A stretch of DNA of 50,371 nt from Candidatus Acetocimmeria pyornia (GTDB taxonomy: Bacteria > Bacillota > Sulfobacillia > UBA3575), in the NCBI GenBank assembly GCA_004367365.1, contig SESX01000001.1, positions 1 through 50,371 of the forward strand, read 5' to 3'. Below are positions 26,358 through 36,894 of this stretch, piece after piece. The notes beneath the pieces are model-generated. The model saw nothing but the letters and a program-made list of their open reading frames with translations. It was not told where the DNA came from and ran no database searches. The position numbers and the translations under genes are program-made. How positions within the stretch are numbered: position 1 is the first letter of the stretch; every line of letters begins with the position of its first letter.

Positions 26358-27572
26358 TTATGAACCTAGGGCGAGGTTATAATACTGCAGGGCTTCCTCC
26401 TCCCTCCCCAGCCGCTCCAGGCAGAGTGCTCTGCCCCAGAGGGCGTCCCGGTTTTTCGGATTGATTTTCAGGGTGTAGGTGTAAAATGCCAAGGCACGCC
26501 GGGTTTTCCCCCAGGCTAACAGACAATTGGCCTTGCCAATGAGAAGCCTAACATTGCGGGGCTCAAGGGCAAGGGCCGTGTTGAGGCTTTCCAGGGCTTC
26601 GCTGTACTTTCGCAAGGCCATCAGGCAGTTTGCTTTGTTAAGCCATAACTGAGTATCCCTTGGGCAAAAACTCAGGGCTCGATTCAGGAAGTTGACAGCT
26701 TCGGAATACCTTTCGAGCCTTGCCAGGCAGTTGCCGGTATTGGCGAGGAGGTTTTCGTCTTCCGGTTCCATTTCCAGGGCTTTTTGGTAACACTGGAGGG
26801 CTTCCTCGAAATGGTGTGTTTGAGCGAGGCAATAAGCTAAGTTGTTGTATACTCCTGCATCAGTGTCCCTTTCCGAAAGAGCCTTGCGAAAGCACGCCAC
26901 CGCTTCCTGGTAACGGTGGAGCTTACCTAGCAGTAAACCCAGGTTGCCCAGCACGGTCTTATCCCCAGGCGCAATCTTGAGGGCCCGCTGGTAGCAATCC
27001 AGGGCCTCCTCCATTCTCCCCAGCTTCTCGAGACACCGGGCCTGGTTGTTGAGGATGTCCACATTGTTCCCAAATCTATCCAGGATACGGTTATACAAGT
27101 CGCAGGCCTTGCTCCAGTTTCCCATCTGGACGTAGACCAAGCTGCAGGCCTCCAGGAGTTCTCTTGCTTCCGGGTACTTTTGAAGACCTTGTTCATATAC
27201 GGTGAGGGCTGCTTCGTAAAATCCTTGTCGAACGAGGGTTAACCCAAGCCAGTAGTAAACTTCCTGGGTTTGGAAACCCTGGTCAAGGGCTTCCCGGAAA
27301 TACACAGAAGAGGCTTCCAGGGACCCGGAGAAAAGGCAGACCAAGCCAAGCTTAACAAGTAAATCAGGACGCGATGGTTGGGAAAGGGCTCTCTCGAGAA
27401 TCTCAATGGCTGCCCTGGGCTGACCCGAAAGAAGGTAAAAACCTGCCAGGCGGGCATTCAAACTGGCCCGGTCAAGAAAGTGCCCTTCAGTTAAAGGAAC
27501 TTTACGATACTCAAGAAAAGCCTTCCAGGCCGTGGGAAACGGAAAAAAAGCAAGGTTCACTGTGGTATCCAT
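26358..27572 (-). CDS. Tetratricopeptide (TPR) repeat protein
   Basis: About ten consecutive 34-aa repeats with the A..Y...L signature (for example EEALQCYQKALEMEPEDENLLANTGNCLARLERY). Confidence 0.8.
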   Translation of the reverse strand: MDTTVNLAFFPFPTAWKAFLEYRKVPLTEGHFLDRASLNARLAGFYLLSGQPRAAIEILERALSQPSRPDLLVKLGLVCLFSGSLEASSVYFREALDQGFQTQEVYYWLGLTLVRQGFYEAALTVYEQGLQKYPEARELLEACSLVYVQMGNWSKACDLYNRILDRFGNNVDILNNQARCLEKLGRMEEALDCYQRALKIAPGDKTVLGNLGLLLGKLHRYQEAVACFRKALSERDTDAGVYNNLAYCLAQTHHFEEALQCYQKALEMEPEDENLLANTGNCLARLERYSEAVNFLNRALSFCPRDTQLWLNKANCLMALRKYSEALESLNTALALEPRNVRLLIGKANCLLAWGKTRRALAFYTYTLKINPKNRDALWGRALCLERLGREEEALQYYNLALGS

Positions 27573-27747
27573 GACTTCCCCTCCGCCAGAAAAGTTCTGC
27601 CATAAGGATTCGCTAACCGGATGGTAATTCCTGCTAATTCAATAAAAAACTTCCAGGAAAAGGGGGAAGTCTTAGAAAGACAAGAACCACCCAGGCACAA
27701 GGAAGGAGTTTGGATCCTACGGCCCCGGTGTCAAGTCCTCTGCTGGT

Positions 27748-28167
27748 TCAAAGGTTAATACCGACGATCCCACCCAGAACACCAACGAGGACCCCAATCA
27801 CCATTTTGAAGAAGAGTTCGGAGCCAGGAAGGAGGTCGGGGGCAAAGAAAAGACCGACCACGTAACAAATAGCCACATAAAGGAAACCAGTAACAGCTCC
27901 GTGGACCCAGCCGTAGGTTTCAGCCTTTCGGGCTGCATACCCTGCCCCCAGGAAGATACTGAACATTCCTAGAAACCCTGTGGCCATTTCCACCAGGCCT
28001 TCACTGATGGAACTGAAATAAAGCACCAGGGCCAGGATGGCTGCCATGATCAGGGAAGCAGCAAAGGCCACGATAATACCCATCAAGACGGCAGACGGGT
28101 TCAACCCAGCAGCGGGATTGGCCTGGAGACGCTCCGTGATTCCAGCCCTTCCCTTCACTTTTTTCAC
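27748..28167 (-). CDS. Small four-TM membrane protein (TIGR04086/YrzE-like)
   Basis: 139 aa with four hydrophobic segments and a Gly-rich C-terminus. Confidence 0.55.
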   Translation of the reverse strand: MKKVKGRAGITERLQANPAAGLNPSAVLMGIIVAFAASLIMAAILALVLYFSSISEGLVEMATGFLGMFSIFLGAGYAARKAETYGWVHGAVTGFLYVAICYVVGLFFAPDLLPGSELFFKMVIGVLVGVLGGIVGINL

Positions 28168-28354
28168 CTCGCTGAATTGAAATGGAAAGACCTCATTGTT
28201 AATCTATTCCCTGGGGATATGAATATGACTTTTGTTTTCCGAGGGTGTGTCTTCCCGGCCACCTGGGTCCGGTCGACAGCACATCGCCAGCATGCCCACT
28301 TCCCGCCTTGCCGTGTTTTCCCAGGCCAAAGGGTGCCAGTAACCAGTGGTACCT

Positions 28355-29407
28355 TTACCCATTTTCAAGACCAAACCAGAATTTTTTTTGCACCTGCAGG
28401 GCAGTAACCACTGCTTCCAATCCTAAAGATGAATCCTCGTTCTGGGGTGGACGCTGTTCTTCAATATCCACGCCGAAGCCGGCGATCCCACCAAGGATCG
28501 CGGCGACGGATCTGGCCAGGGCATCCAGGTGGTATCCACCTTCCAGGCAGAGAACAAGCCGTCCACCGCAACATTCCTCTGCCATCAGGCGGCTCAGATG
28601 TGCCAGTTCCTGGTAGCCCCAGGCACTCATTTTCAGATGACCTAGGGGGTCGTCACGGTGGCCATCCTGTCCGGCTGAAATGATGATCAGCTCTGGTTGG
28701 TACTGCCTGGCAATGGGTATCAGGAGGCGCCGGAAAGCAGCTATCGCCACCTCGTCACCAGCCCCTGGGGGCACGGGCACGTTCACCGTGTAACCACGTC
28801 CCCGGCCGTAACCAACGTCCATCACGCTTCCAGTACCAGGATAAGCCGGGGACTGGTGCATGGAAAAAAAGAGGACCGACGCATCCTGGAAAAAAATCGT
28901 TTCTGTACCGTTGCCGTGGTGGAGGTCCCAGTCAATGATAAGGACCTTTTTCAAGCCGTACTTATGCTGGGCGTAACGGGCAGCTACCGCCACATTGTTG
29001 ATGAGGCAAAACCCCATCCCCTGGTGTGGTTCGGCATGGTGCCCAGGTGGTCGAATAAGGGCAAAGGCTGATTTCAAGCCCATCATCACAGCATCCACGG
29101 CAGACAAAGCCCCTCCCGCTGCCAAAAGGGCAACCTCATAGGACCGTGGTGAAACCTCGGTATCCGGGTTGATGTAACCGCCACCCCCCGCGGCGAATTC
29201 CCTGATCCAGTTCAGGTACTTGGGCCCGTGAACAGCGTACACTTCCTGTTCAGTAGCCCGTCTAGGGGTTACCGGAACAAGTTTTTCCAGGACCCCGCGT
29301 TCCTGAAGATAGTTCATGGTATAACTAAGACGTTCCGCCCGTTCGGGATGATTCAAGGTTTTGTGCTCCAGGTAATCATGGTGGTAGACAATCCCGGTTG
29401 ATAACAT
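28355..29407 (-). CDS. acuC: Histone deacetylase-family protein deacetylase (AcuC-like)
   Basis: [23 protein letters not shown], and the GGY catalytic tyrosine region. Confidence 0.9.
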   Translation of the reverse strand: MLSTGIVYHHDYLEHKTLNHPERAERLSYTMNYLQERGVLEKLVPVTPRRATEQEVYAVHGPKYLNWIREFAAGGGGYINPDTEVSPRSYEVALLAAGGALSAVDAVMMGLKSAFALIRPPGHHAEPHQGMGFCLINNVAVAARYAQHKYGLKKVLIIDWDLHHGNGTETIFFQDASVLFFSMHQSPAYPGTGSVMDVGYGRGRGYTVNVPVPPGAGDEVAIAAFRRLLIPIARQYQPELIIISAGQDGHRDDPLGHLKMSAWGYQELAHLSRLMAEECCGGRLVLCLEGGYHLDALARSVAAILGGIAGFGVDIEEQRPPQNEDSSLGLEAVVTALQVQKKFWFGLENG

Positions 29408-29413
29408 TTCCCC

Positions 29414-30208
29414 TCACCCTTCCCGTTCAACTTCCGAAGGGAGACAGAATTTCAGTTGAGCCAGTTTTTCCCGGAGGCCATGATGGGTCAGGTCCAGGTG
29501 AATGGGAGTAATAGAGATCATGTTGTTCTTGATTGCCACGACATCACTATCAGGCTCATTATGAGTATCTGTTGCCTCCCCGGCCAGCCAGTAGTAGACC
29601 TTGCCCCTAGGATCAATACGCCGGTCAAAAACATCCCGCCATTTTCTAATTCCCAGCCTGGTCACCGCCACCCCGGCAATTTCCGACTCCTCGAGGGCAG
29701 GAACATTGATATTCAAGAGGGTGTTCTGCGGCAGTTTCTCCTCAGCCAACTGTTCAATGAGCAGGTTAATAAACTCGGCAGACAACTCGTAGCTGACGTG
29801 TTCAAAGGCGGCCACGGAGACCGCCAGGGAGGGTATACCAATCAAGGCACCCTCAATAGCCGCTGACACAGTACCAGAATAGAAGACATCTGTACCTAGG
29901 TTAGGCCCCCGGTTGATACCAGAAATAACCAGGTCCGGGGGTTTACTCATCAAGGCCTCCACCGCGATCTTGGTGCAGTCGGCGGGTGTCCCGTTCACCG
30001 CCCACGCCCTGGACCGGCTCCCCTCGAAGCGGACCTCATCCACGTGCAGGGGCCGGTGAATAGTGATGGCATGGCCGCTGGCGCTCCTTTCACGGTCGGG
30101 AGCCACCACCCAGATGTTATCCCCTTGGCGTTTTTCTTCGAGAACCTTTCTCATCACCTGGATCCCTTCGGCATAGATACCGTCATCATTGGTGAGAAGG
30201 ATATCCAA
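29414..30208 (-). CDS. surE: 5'/3'-nucleotidase SurE
   Basis: ILLTNDDGI, SGINRGPNLG, YSGTVSAA. TTG at 30208 lies 8 nt after an AAAGGAG RBS, preferred over the ORF-track start at 30343. Confidence 0.9.
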   Translation of the reverse strand: MDILLTNDDGIYAEGIQVMRKVLEEKRQGDNIWVVAPDRERSASGHAITIHRPLHVDEVRFEGSRSRAWAVNGTPADCTKIAVEALMSKPPDLVISGINRGPNLGTDVFYSGTVSAAIEGALIGIPSLAVSVAAFEHVSYELSAEFINLLIEQLAEEKLPQNTLLNINVPALEESEIAGVAVTRLGIRKWRDVFDRRIDPRGKVYYWLAGEATDTHNEPDSDVVAIKNNMISITPIHLDLTHHGLREKLAQLKFCLPSEVEREG

Positions 30209-30393
30209 AGGGCCTACTCCTTTCCTGGTTTCCTTTTTAACCGTACGGGTTAGTACTGTCCTGACTATCAAGTGAGCTGCGATAAGCAATGGTATTGAAC
30301 GAAATACAGGCCTTGAGCTGCTGAAGACCGGCCGTAACCACATTTACTGCTATTGCTGTAGAATTCCCCGGGCAACAGGTGGGTACCCACCGG

Positions 30394-32541
30394 TTACCCC
30401 AACCAGGCCCTCACCCTCTCCAGGATCCTTTCCCTGGGTCCAACCGCCACCTCTGGACCGGGCAAGGAATCAATGAAGTACCTGCCGTAAGGCGTTCGGC
30501 CCGGGACAATACGAGGGTCGTAAACCACCACCACACCCTGGTCGTATGCGCTCCGGATCAGGCGCCCGAAACCTTGTTTGAACCGGATGATGGCCTCCGG
30601 TAACGAGTAAGCGGCGAAAGGATTCATCCCCCGCCTCCGGAGATGTTCATGGCGAGCCTCAATTACCGGGAGAAACGGCGGTGAGAAAGGGAGCCTGGTG
30701 ATTACCACACACGATAATTCCTCACCGGGAATGTCGATTCCTTCCCAAAAGCTGCTTGTACCAAGAACGACACAATCCCGTCCTGACTTGATTTCCTCTA
30801 TGAGGCTTGTCCGGGTGCCGTCCAGGCCCTGGCCCAGGATTCGAATTCCCAAGGGCTCGCAATCGGCTTTCAGTTGTGCATGAACCAATGTGAGGAGTTG
30901 GTAGGAGGTGAAAAGAACGAGGGTTCTTCCCCCAACGATCTGGATGAGCTCGCTGAGAAAAGGGATCAGGTCAGCGGACAGGGTCTGCGGGTCGAAATGC
31001 CTGGGGTTGGGAGCGTCTTCCACCAGGCAAAGGAGTACCTGGTCACGGTAATAGAAAGGGGAGTCCACCATTAGGGTTCGGACGTCATTTCCCCCCGTTT
31101 CTTTCAAGCCGAGGCGGTCCTGAAGATAGCTAAAATTACCTTTCACGGTCAGGGTGGCCGAGGTTAAGACCGCCGTCCTCAAGGGCTGAAAAAAGTGCTC
31201 CGACAAGAGTGAGGACACATCCACCGGGGCACTGTACAACCGGACCTCTCCTTCCCCCCTGCCCTTCTCTCCCCCTGGCACCGTTTCTTCAACCCAGGAG
31301 ACGTAGTTAGGGTCAGACCCTTCCAAGAAAAAGTCAAGCGCCTGGAGGTGTTCCTTTACGACCCCATGGAGACGCAGGACAAAAGCACTCGGACGCACCG
31401 GCCGTGCCCCGTCTTCGTCGCCTAAATCCTCGAGATCACTGGCAACCTCACCAAGACATTCACTTAGGGTCTCCAGGGCGAACCCCAGGTTGACCCCGGC
31501 TTCCAGTAAACCGGCCCACTCGGTTCCAGACCGGATGTCTGAGGTGATCCGGAGGGTCAAAGGATACGCATACTCAGGCACACGTACCGGGCCAAGGGAC
31601 AGGACCAGGGAGCTAACCAGGTTCTTGAAAGTGGTTGCAGCTTCCCGTGCCCGGCGGGCAAGGTCCGGGATGTGTTTCAAAAGGCCTTGGTCTCCCCTCC
31701 CCTCACCGGCCGCCCCGGCCAGGGACCTGTCCAGGAGCGCCATGTCAAATTCATAGCTCAAATGCCGGGTAGCCGTATCTTCAAGGTGATGGGCCTCGTC
31801 AACAATAAGGTGCCGGTGCGGCGGGAGCACCTGCCGGTCGCTCTTGATATCACTAAAAAGCAGGGAGTGGTTAACAACGATAATGTTTGCCCTTTCAGCC
31901 TCCTGGCGGGCAGCCCGCAGGTAACAGCCCTGGCTCCACCAGGTACACCTGGCCCCTGGGCAACTCTCAGAATCGGCTGCCACCAGGGGCCAAAATTCCT
32001 CCATTTCACCGTCCAGGTTTGCCTCCTCTTTATCCCCGGTTTCCGTTTCCTGAAGCCAGCGGGTAACACGGGCTTGAAATGCAAGCTCGGCACCGGTGGT
32101 GTAGAGGTCAGGCTGCTGAACATAACCACGCCATTTTCTCAGGCACAGGTAATTGGTCCGCCCTTTGAGCACCACGCAACGGGCGGTAATGTCCAGGCAG
32201 TCCATCAAGAGCGGAAGGTCCCGCCGGAAAAGCTGTTCCTGCAGGGTGATGGTCTGGGTGGAAACCACTACCCTTTCTCGATTAGCCGCGGACCACAAGA
32301 GGGCAGGCAGGAGATAGGCCAGGGATTTACCGGTTCCGGTCCCAGCTTCCACCAGGAAATGCTGTCCGGAATTAAAGGCCTCGGCAACCGCCCTGGCCAT
32401 TTCCACCTGCTGGGTACGAAACTCGTAGTTTTTCAGCCGCTTGGCTAAAGGGCCCTGGGGCCCTAAATAATGCAGCAACCGGCTGGTATCAACCGGCGAG
32501 TACTCCGGCTGTAGTTCTGCCGGCATCGGGCAACGCCTCAC
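30394..32541 (-). CDS. dinG: DinG-family (XPD-like) ATP-dependent DNA helicase
   Basis: Walker A AGTGTGKSLAYLLPA, DEAHHLED box, and a Cys cluster consistent with an Fe-S domain (C..C....C..CPGARC..GC). No N-terminal exonuclease domain. Confidence 0.85.
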   Translation of the reverse strand: MRRCPMPAELQPEYSPVDTSRLLHYLGPQGPLAKRLKNYEFRTQQVEMARAVAEAFNSGQHFLVEAGTGTGKSLAYLLPALLWSAANRERVVVSTQTITLQEQLFRRDLPLLMDCLDITARCVVLKGRTNYLCLRKWRGYVQQPDLYTTGAELAFQARVTRWLQETETGDKEEANLDGEMEEFWPLVAADSESCPGARCTWWSQGCYLRAARQEAERANIIVVNHSLLFSDIKSDRQVLPPHRHLIVDEAHHLEDTATRHLSYEFDMALLDRSLAGAAGEGRGDQGLLKHIPDLARRAREAATTFKNLVSSLVLSLGPVRVPEYAYPLTLRITSDIRSGTEWAGLLEAGVNLGFALETLSECLGEVASDLEDLGDEDGARPVRPSAFVLRLHGVVKEHLQALDFFLEGSDPNYVSWVEETVPGGEKGRGEGEVRLYSAPVDVSSLLSEHFFQPLRTAVLTSATLTVKGNFSYLQDRLGLKETGGNDVRTLMVDSPFYYRDQVLLCLVEDAPNPRHFDPQTLSADLIPFLSELIQIVGGRTLVLFTSYQLLTLVHAQLKADCEPLGIRILGQGLDGTRTSLIEEIKSGRDCVVLGTSSFWEGIDIPGEELSCVVITRLPFSPPFLPVIEARHEHLRRRGMNPFAAYSLPEAIIRFKQGFGRLIRSAYDQGVVVVYDPRIVPGRTPYGRYFIDSLPGPEVAVGPRERILERVRAWLG

Positions 32542-32579
32542 TTCAAAACCAATCTAGCAGCTTTACTGTAGCACCGTCA

Positions 32580-33005
32580 TCACGGCATGCGTTCGTAATA
32601 GTGCGCGGAAAGGGCTGCCCCAAGCACCACGGGAATGAAGAAGAACAGAACATCCACCCCGGCTCGGTTTAGGGTCTGGCTCACGGTCATTTCCATTGGA
32701 CGGTGGTAAAGGAAAAGGGCCAGTAGATAGACCAGGGCTACCAAGCTTCCGGCCACCGCTCCCCCGCGAACTGGACCCTCAGGGAAAAGGTTCACGGACC
32801 GCATTCCCTGGCGGAGGGCGAGAGAAGCAAAGCCCAGGAGGGAGAAAAAGCCCAAGAGCCCGAGAAACTCGGTGCTCAAGACCTTCATCTCCAGAAGACG
32901 GCCGCCGTTCCGAAGGCTAACGCCGAAAACGAAGGCCAGGGTGGAAATTAGCCCGGCACCGACCCCTGCCCCCAAAAACCTGCCCAGTGCCCACATCAAA
33001 AACAC
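32580..33005 (-). CDS. Hypothetical four-TM membrane protein
   Basis: 141 aa, hydrophobic. Lies between the phosphatase and dinG on the same strand. Confidence 0.45.
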   Translation of the reverse strand: MFLMWALGRFLGAGVGAGLISTLAFVFGVSLRNGGRLLEMKVLSTEFLGLLGFFSLLGFASLALRQGMRSVNLFPEGPVRGGAVAGSLVALVYLLALFLYHRPMEMTVSQTLNRAGVDVLFFFIPVVLGAALSAHYYERMP

Positions 33006-33053
33006 CTCTAACTTGACTTTATGCCTTGAAGGAAAAAAAAGAACCCCTTGGCT

Positions 33054-33692
33054 TCACTGCGAGCACGCGGAGGAAAGGTGGGATGTATCGTTCCACCGGA
33101 TCAGTCTTCCCTCTTCCCCCTGGAATTCCAGTTCCGATACGGCGGTATTGTCAAGAACCAGCCGGTAACGATAAGAAAGGTCCAGGCCGAGGACAACGCA
33201 GACAATTGCCTTTACCGCGCCTCCATGGGCAACCAGTAACACCTTGTCCCCAGAATGGTGTTGGATAACCCACCGTAAAAAACCATGACAACGCCGGGCA
33301 ACATCACCAAAGGATTCGCCCCCCGGTGGTCTGGCGTGCACCGGGTCTTCAAAGTATGCACGGTACTCAACCGGGTAGTATTCCTCGACTTGGGAAAGGC
33401 TGAGTCCTTCCCATTTTCCAAACTTCATCTCCCTCAGCAGTGGAGTGGTTTGTATGGCTAACCCCAGAAACGAGCCGATAATGTCGGCCGTTTCTTGAGC
33501 CCGTAAAAGGTCACTGCAATAGATACAACTTATATCCTGCCCGGCCAAGCCCCGGGCCAGTTGCCTCGCCTGGATTCTGCCCTTCTGGCTTAACTGGGTA
33601 TCGGTATGACCTTGTATCAGTTTGCGGTGATTCCACTCGGTTTCTCCGTGTCGAACCAACAGGATCCGGGTCAATTTGCAATCACTTCCCAT
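33054..33692 (-). CDS. Histidine phosphatase family protein (PGM/CobC-like)
   Basis: ILLVRHGETEWN catalytic motif and HGG near the C-terminus. Start is uncertain (ATG at 33692 or TTG at 33674). Confidence 0.8.
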   Translation of the reverse strand: MGSDCKLTRILLVRHGETEWNHRKLIQGHTDTQLSQKGRIQARQLARGLAGQDISCIYCSDLLRAQETADIIGSFLGLAIQTTPLLREMKFGKWEGLSLSQVEEYYPVEYRAYFEDPVHARPPGGESFGDVARRCHGFLRWVIQHHSGDKVLLVAHGGAVKAIVCVVLGLDLSYRYRLVLDNTAVSELEFQGEEGRLIRWNDTSHLSSACSQ

Positions 33693-33783
33693 ATGTTGCC
33701 GTGAAGTCACCCAAACAAGAGGATTTTCTCCTGGCTTGTTGAATAAGACGCACAAGATCTGTCTCCAAGGAGGAGCTCCTCAA

Positions 33784-34548
33784 TTGAAAATTGAAGTCGT
33801 ACCAACCGCCCGCGATCTCCAGCCCGAGAATCTGACAGGGAAGACGGCTCTGGTAATTGACGTCTTGCGGGCCACGTCCACGATCATTACCGCTCTAAAC
33901 AACGGATGTCAAGCAGTTTTTCCGGTTACGACACCGGAGGAAGCTCTTGAACTTCGCCGTCGCTTGAGTGGTCCCATCCTCCTGGGCGGGGAACGCCAGG
34001 GACGACGGATCGAGGGTTTTGACCTGGGAAACTCCCCGGCTGAATACCCGCCTGAGGTAGTGGCAGGCAAGAAAATCATCTTCACGACTACCAACGGTAC
34101 CCGGGCCATCCGGGCCTGTACCAGGGCAGCAAACCTGGTGATCGCTTCCTTTCTAAATGCTGCAGCAGTGGTGGAATTCGCTGCTGGCACAGGCACCAAC
34201 ATCCTGGTGGTATGCGCCGGCACCAGGGGTCATTTCTCCCTCGACGATATCCTTTGTGCTGGCCTCGTGGTGGACCGCCTCCTCCAACGCTTGAGACCAG
34301 CAGGTCTGGATCCGACGGTGGATGACCTGGGCCTGGCAGCAGTTGACCTCTACCACCTTTATTCCAACGACATCAGGGCAGGGGTAGAAAGATCTCTACA
34401 CGCGCGCCGGCTGAAACAGATGGGCTTCGATGAAGACATTGCCCTTTGTACCCGTGTAGATTGCCACCCTCTGGTCGCCATTTACCACGAAGGATCTGTC
34501 GTACCTCACAGCAGTGGCAGCACCAAGGGCCCAACTTCAGGCGGCTGA
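33784..34548 (+). CDS. comB: 2-Phosphosulfolactate phosphatase family protein (ComB)
   Basis: VIDVLRATSTI, LGGER.G, GFDLGNSP, TTTNGT. TTG at 33784 follows an AAGGAGGAG RBS. Confidence 0.8.
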   Translation: MKIEVVPTARDLQPENLTGKTALVIDVLRATSTIITALNNGCQAVFPVTTPEEALELRRRLSGPILLGGERQGRRIEGFDLGNSPAEYPPEVVAGKKIIFTTTNGTRAIRACTRAANLVIASFLNAAAVVEFAAGTGTNILVVCAGTRGHFSLDDILCAGLVVDRLLQRLRPAGLDPTVDDLGLAAVDLYHLYSNDIRAGVERSLHARRLKQMGFDEDIALCTRVDCHPLVAIYHEGSVVPHSSGSTKGPTSGG

Positions 34549-34587
34549 AGCCTGAAGCTCTGAAGCCCCTTCCTGCAGAAAGAGGGG

Positions 34588-34968
34588 TTAGTTGCCTTCT
34601 CCATCCTTCTCCCCCTCAGTACCCAGAAGCTTGGCAAACTCGAACCACTCCGGGATGGCATCTGCCAGTATCTTTTGGATATCACCTATAACCCTTGCCA
34701 AATGCGCTTCAGCCGCTAAGAATTCTCGTATAGTCTCGTTGTACCCCAAAATCTCCGACATTCTCTCCAGTTCCCCTTCTTGTTCCGTGCTCACCTCCTG
34801 CCCCAGGATCTTCTTGGTTTGAACCTCCATCTGCCGACGCCGAAAACTCCGGAGCATCTCCAAGGTCTTTTCGTTGGCCGAAACCTTTTGCTTCGCTTCA
34901 ACGAAGGCTTGATATTCAGACGAAGATGCCAAGGTACGGGCCAGCTGGTGGGCCTGGTCGTAGATCAT
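34588..34968 (-). CDS. YlbF/YmcA-family regulatory protein
   Basis: MIYDQAHQLARTL..S.EY..F...K..V..N......L..F. Helical, about 126 aa, typical of the family. Confidence 0.7.
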   Translation of the reverse strand: MIYDQAHQLARTLASSSEYQAFVEAKQKVSANEKTLEMLRSFRRRQMEVQTKKILGQEVSTEQEGELERMSEILGYNETIREFLAAEAHLARVIGDIQKILADAIPEWFEFAKLLGTEGEKDGEGN

Positions 34969-35263
34969 TGCCCGGACAAGACCTCCTTCTGCTGGTCTTT
35001 CGGCGCTCTAGCCAAGCTGTTGACAGGAATGACAATCAACAAAGCCAGGGGCTGGCGTAAGGCCGTGTTAACCGGTCTAACTAAACTATTAACAGGAATT
35101 ACCTGTGTTGTCAAGCGCAGTGTGTGGCCTGCTAAACCCTCGGTCTTCTTCCCCTTTCAGGCCCGATAAGCAGGGGTTTTGGTGTACAGAGGCGAAGATT
35201 TAGGGGTAACCGGCACAGTAGCTAGGTTTACCAAGTATACTAGGGTGGTGATTTTGCATCGGC

Positions 35264-35752
35264 ATGTCAATCCCGGAAAAAGCTGAAGAACTGGGCTACA
35301 AGAACCTGGCCACCAAGGGTGTCCACGCCTGTTCCCAGGCGGTACTGCTGGCCATCATGGAGACTATCGGCCCGAGTGACGACCTTCTTGTCAAAGCTGC
35401 CGGTCCTATGGCCGGAGGAAGCCGTTCCTACTCCCTCTGCGGGGCCCTCCAAGGAGGTATCCTCTCCATCGGGATGCATTACGGCCCAACCGTCCAACAG
35501 GGTGCTGAGCTCGAGCCACTGATACGTTCCTACCAGCCGGTGAAGAAATACTACCAGAAGTTTGAAGAAGCCTTCGGTTCCCGGTACTGCCATGAGCTGG
35601 TCGGAGGAAACCTGGAAGACCCTAAGGTCCGCGAGGCCTGGCTGGCCCGGGGTGGCTGGAACTCCTGCGCCCAGATGGTAGGAAAGGCGGCAAGGATGGT
35701 GGCTGAGATTATCCTGGAAGACCTTGAAAGGGGACAGAAAAAGGTCCCTTGA
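35264..35752 (+). CDS. C_GCAxxG_C_C-family putative redox-active protein
   Basis: CSQAVL... and ..CGALQGG... motifs, plus the C-terminal C......C arrangement. Confidence 0.7.
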   Translation: MSIPEKAEELGYKNLATKGVHACSQAVLLAIMETIGPSDDLLVKAAGPMAGGSRSYSLCGALQGGILSIGMHYGPTVQQGAELEPLIRSYQPVKKYYQKFEEAFGSRYCHELVGGNLEDPKVREAWLARGGWNSCAQMVGKAARMVAEIILEDLERGQKKVP

Positions 35753-35780
35753 GCAGAAAAAGGGCAGGCCGCCCCCGCTC

Positions 35781-36869
35781 TTAACCCTGAGGTGCGCGGA
35801 GGTAAATATGGTTGGAATAGATCCACGGTAAGAACCGGCCCAGCCGCTGCCGGAAAACCTCCATCCGGTATGCACCCGGCTCAAGGGCCAGGTAAGATAG
35901 GGACCTTCCCGTGCCGGTGGCCACCAACGAGCCGTTACGATAAAGGTCCCACCGGACACCACTTTGGGGCAGGGAAGCCTTCAGTTCGACGGGTTCGGAG
36001 AGGATGGCCTCATCCCCCATGGCAAGGAACCCGGAGGATGACACTCCCCAAAAGCGAAAACCGGTCGGATCCCCCTGCAGGCAGTTAGCCACATAGCACC
36101 GCCCCTGGCCGAGGGTTTCCAGGACCAGCCGGCAATCCTTCCTGTCGTCCCCGGTGAAGGGATGGTCGGGAAGAATATGGGTCTGTACCGTCCCAAAGGA
36201 ACCCTGGTAGGAAAAGATGGTAACGGCCAGGCCGGGAAAAACCTTCCGGCGGACGGCGTGGGCGTCGAGCCCACCGATACCCACGACCCGCCTTTCTTGA
36301 GCCAGTCTGTCCCAGTGGGCAAGGGTTTCCCGGCGGGGACCGGTTCTTACAAGCCCTGGTGCCATCAACCCAAAAAGGATGCGCGGCAGACTTCGCCCGA
36401 ACTCCATCCCCACGGAAAAATAGTTCCAGATTTCGATCCCGTCAAAACCAGAAACATCCCACCGGGTCCACGGGTAGCTTTTTACCTTCAGATAGGGATT
36501 CCCACGGTCATAGGGGTGGGCGATGAACCCGAGTCCACCCTGTTTCTTAACTTCATCGATATAAGCTTGGGGGTTGTCGGGGTTGGAGGAAACCACCTTC
36601 TTGATGCCGAAGGCCAGGTAATGGCTTGTAGGCGGACTGACTTCCTGGCCCACCAGAACCAGGACTCCTTGATGCCAGCCTTCGCTTCCGGTTTGAAGCG
36701 GGTCCAGGGTGTCATGGTCGGTACTAATGAGAAAATCAAGATTCTGCCTTCGGGCGGCCCGGATAATGTCGGTAAAGGTTCCGGTTCCGTCGGAATAAGT
36801 GGTGTGAACATGGATGCACCCCGAGTAGTCGAAGGGACCTCGGGTCTGGTCGTTCCTGGGGTTTTTCAA
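35781..36869 (-). CDS. PHP-domain metallohydrolase (CehA/McbA-like)
   Basis: CIHVHTTYSDGTG, STDHD, and GFIAHP motifs near the N-terminus. Confidence 0.7.
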   Translation of the reverse strand: MKNPRNDQTRGPFDYSGCIHVHTTYSDGTGTFTDIIRAARRQNLDFLISTDHDTLDPLQTGSEGWHQGVLVLVGQEVSPPTSHYLAFGIKKVVSSNPDNPQAYIDEVKKQGGLGFIAHPYDRGNPYLKVKSYPWTRWDVSGFDGIEIWNYFSVGMEFGRSLPRILFGLMAPGLVRTGPRRETLAHWDRLAQERRVVGIGGLDAHAVRRKVFPGLAVTIFSYQGSFGTVQTHILPDHPFTGDDRKDCRLVLETLGQGRCYVANCLQGDPTGFRFWGVSSSGFLAMGDEAILSEPVELKASLPQSGVRWDLYRNGSLVATGTGRSLSYLALEPGAYRMEVFRQRLGRFLPWIYSNHIYLRAPQG

Positions 36870-36894
36870 GGTTTTCTGTACTTGAACCTCCCCT

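Noticed and set aside
30378-30391. 14-bp perfect palindrome GGTGGGTACCCACC right after the dinG stop, considered as a terminator
   Set aside because: It is a short stem with no U-tract on the transcribed strand. It may be a weak hairpin or a binding site, but nothing further supports it.
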